Notes under the pieces: generated by a model
What the model was told of the DNA's origin: nothing
Seen by the model: only the letters and a program-made list of their open reading frames with translations
The model's database searches: none
Made by a program: the position numbers and the translations under genes
DNA from: Candidatus Nomurabacteria bacterium
Lineage (GTDB): Bacteria > Patescibacteriota > Minisyncoccia > Phycocordibacterales > UBA918
DNA: 64,000 nucleotides
Assembly (NCBI GenBank): GCA_020632135.1
Contig: JACKGC010000001.1
Coordinates: 446,134-510,133 of the forward strand
Direction of reading: 5' to 3'
Part shown: piece after piece, positions 63,629 to 64,000 of the stretch
Numbering within the stretch: the stretch's first letter is position 1
Layout of the letters: each line of letters begins with the position of its first letter

Positions 63629-64000
63629 ATGCTCGTAGACGGTAAAACGATCGCGGCGGAGATCTTGGCGGAGGTGGCAAAGACAGTCGCGGGGGGCCCG
63701 AAGGGCCCCCCGCGACTGTCTGCCATCACGTGTGCTCCCAATTTCGAGACCCAAAAATACCTGGAGATGAAACGCACTAAAGCCGCGTCAGTGGGGGTGG
63801 TTCTTAACGTAGTTGAATTACCGCAGGGAGCCACGACCGAAATGGCCGCTGCATGTATTCGGCAGGTGGCCGCACAATCAGACGGAATCGTGGTGCAATT
63901 ACCACTGCCGCCACAGATCGACCGGGAGGCAGTGCTCACTGCGGTTCCAGTCTCTAAGGATCCCGACGGCTTTCGCTACGGCGAAGTCCCAGAGGCTTGT
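63629..64000 (+). CDS. folD: bifunctional methylene-THF dehydrogenase/cyclohydrolase FolD (5' partial, runs off the window)
   Basis: 'MLVDGKTIAAEILAEV...PRLSAITCA...GIVVQLPLP' matches the FolD N-terminal region. There is no stop before the window ends. Confidence 0.75.
   Translation, partial: MLVDGKTIAAEILAEVAKTVAGGPKGPPRLSAITCAPNFETQKYLEMKRTKAASVGVVLNVVELPQGATTEMAAACIRQVAAQSDGIVVQLPLPPQIDREAVLTAVPVSKDPDGFRYGEVPEAC
63687..63725. repeat. perfect 39-nt palindrome (18-3-18) inside the folD coding sequence
   Basis: gacagtcgcggggggccc-gaa-gggccccccgcgactgtc is in frame and encodes 'TVAGGPKGPPRLS'. Confidence 0.8.

Overview
This is a gene-dense window of bacterial chromosome, about 53% GC, with mostly co-directional genes and very frequent GC-rich hairpin terminators flanked by A and T runs. 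The content points to a small-genome bacterium of the Candidate Phyla Radiation/Patescibacteria type, but this is an inference, not a proof: the 23S rRNA is interrupted by three insertions (one carrying a GIY-YIG ORF, one a LAGLIDADG ORF), the 23S-5S pair has no 16S upstream, GlyRS is the dimeric eukaryote-like form, IleS is type 2, and there are two giant surface proteins.

Annotated content, left to right:
- A complete dTMP-synthesis operon: CYTH-domain protein, dcd, thyA, tmk, dut, glyA.
- A 1499-aa surface protein with PKD and CARDB domains.
- Several hypothetical and membrane proteins.
- ileS carrying an embedded histidine-phosphatase (PGM-like) domain.
- A recO-like gene, a large surface protein, glyQS, metG, a MazG-like gene, an HD hydrolase, and tatD.
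- A VanY-like M15 peptidase on the minus strand.
- rpsF-ssb-rpsR, efp, an ECF sigma factor with a putative anti-sigma partner, recA, and ftsK.
- An AT-rich island with a wHTH gene, followed by a highly codon-biased secreted acidic protein with a peptidoglycan-binding domain (S-layer-like candidate).
- A REP-associated tyrosine transposase (RAYT) flanked by REP palindromes.
- A secreted alpha/beta hydrolase, a cluster of four small membrane proteins, and pgsA.
- A tRNA-like 5' fragment, tRNA-Pro(GGG), rplJ-rplL, a wHTH protein, and a voltage-gated K+ channel.
- A 23S rRNA of about 4.2 kb with insertions, and an intact 5S rRNA nested inside a degenerate second 5S copy.
- An aminotransferase, then a second giant surface protein (1541 aa) whose last ~350 nt plus terminator are ~97% identical to the first.
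- A vWA membrane protein, a SEDS (FtsW/RodA) protein, a GT4 glycosyltransferase, a polyprenyl-phosphate sugar transferase, an NAD-dependent epimerase, and the 5' part of folD.

I found no CRISPR array and no recognisable defence-system genes. The most unusual items are the IleS-phosphatase fusion, the rRNA insertions and nested 5S, the gene-converted giant surface-protein pair, and orphan perfect palindromes (one inside the folD coding sequence).
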